From assembly GCF_964204645.1 (NCBI RefSeq), contig NC_134030.1:2646778-2710777 (forward strand): 64,000 nucleotides of DNA, written 5' to 3'. Shown here piece after piece: positions 63,101 to 64,000 of the stretch. The position numbers and the translations under genes are program-made. This stretch comes from Tubulanus polymorphus (Eukaryota; Animalia; Nemertea). Within the stretch, counting starts at the first letter, position 1, and every line of letters starts with the position of its first letter. The notes beneath the pieces are model-generated. The model saw only the letters and a list, made by a program, of their open reading frames with translations, made no database searches and was not told the DNA's origin.

Positions 63101-64000
63101 ATCGCGGTACGGTCTATCTAGTCAGCCGCGAAATGAGAGGGAGAGGGGGACGACTGACGACTGTTTTCTTTCATTTTGAAATCTTCCATCGATTCGAATC
63201 AAATTATTACGATCCGTTTTGATCTACGGAAAAATGACGAATTCGAAAATAATTCGATCTATTTTTCGAAAGCTCGTTCACGGTAATTCACTTCATGAAA
63301 GGAACTTAGAATCGATTCGTTTTTGTTTAAATATCAGCGACTGCGATGAAAGGCGAGACATGAAGCGAGATGAACTTCAGTTTCTCCGGATGCAGTCGGG
63401 GGAGGGGGAGGGGGTAATTGGAATATTGCAGTTGAAATGATATCCTTTCATATTCACCGAAAATCTCACGAATTCAGACATTGTTGGAAGAAATTATCTC
63501 CGCATAAAGAACGATTTCTAAAACAAAGACAAGCAATAATTTGCCACTCGTAGTTCATTGTTAATATTTTGTAAGAAACATATATCATTAAATGTAATTA
63601 TATTCTATGAAACATTCAATCAATCAATCAAACCAATTTACCGTTGTGTATCCTGTTCTGAGTTCATATTCAATGAGTTAACTCTGAGTGTGTCACAGCT
63701 GTAGAACTGCGACCTGGTTGTAAAAACGGCACGTGATCGGCCACCTATGATTGTACTCGTTCCCAGGTTTTACTGGGCACACACAGTGATGGTTGCGTCG
63801 GGTTTAATCGCTGCCAATCTTCACCCGATCGAATGAAAGGTTACTACTTGAGAAACTGCACCGTTTGACATTTCAGTTCTTTAAGATACGCCACAGCTAA
63901 CAAACAGGTCGCTGACGTCACGAGAGCGTTTCGAAGGATGAAGGTTCTCAACCCATAATTAATTCACATAGGACTGATATAATTACAGTGTTCGTCTCTG

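Overview
This is AT-rich, intron-rich invertebrate (metazoan) genomic DNA; I see no rRNA, true tRNA gene or CRISPR array. The layout is: (1) the last 21 coding exons of the DNA polymerase epsilon catalytic subunit, POLE (+, 174-12300); (2) a minus-strand tandem array of three diverged genes for an unrecognised type-I membrane protein (signal peptide, V-like and C-like Ig domains, Cys-rich juxtamembrane knot, TM, tail) at 18.6-24.0, 27.9-31.1 and 36.7-41.0 kb, followed by two single-copy orphan exons (14056-15139) encoding SH3-ligand, NLS-like, ITIM-like and PDZ-ligand motifs; (3) an 18-exon CCDC191 orthologue (+, 41916-53879), head-to-head with the array; (4) the 3' four exons of an EGF-like single-pass membrane protein gene (-, 56284-60127). 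Introns and intergenic DNA carry many MITEs, a 2.3-kb TIR transposon, a tRNA-SINE, an L2 fragment, minisatellites and a Penelope-like palindrome with a hammerhead ribozyme motif. The best candidate for a new system is the Ig-like receptor cluster. Copy 1 can splice in frame to a long signalling tail, whereas copies 2 and 3 have frameshifted short tails and have lost a microexon. Copy 2 looks like an unequal-crossover chimera and has lost a cysteine pair in concert. Together this resembles a paired or allorecognition-type receptor locus. All exon models were read by hand from GT/AG sites and codon phase, and none is confirmed by transcripts.
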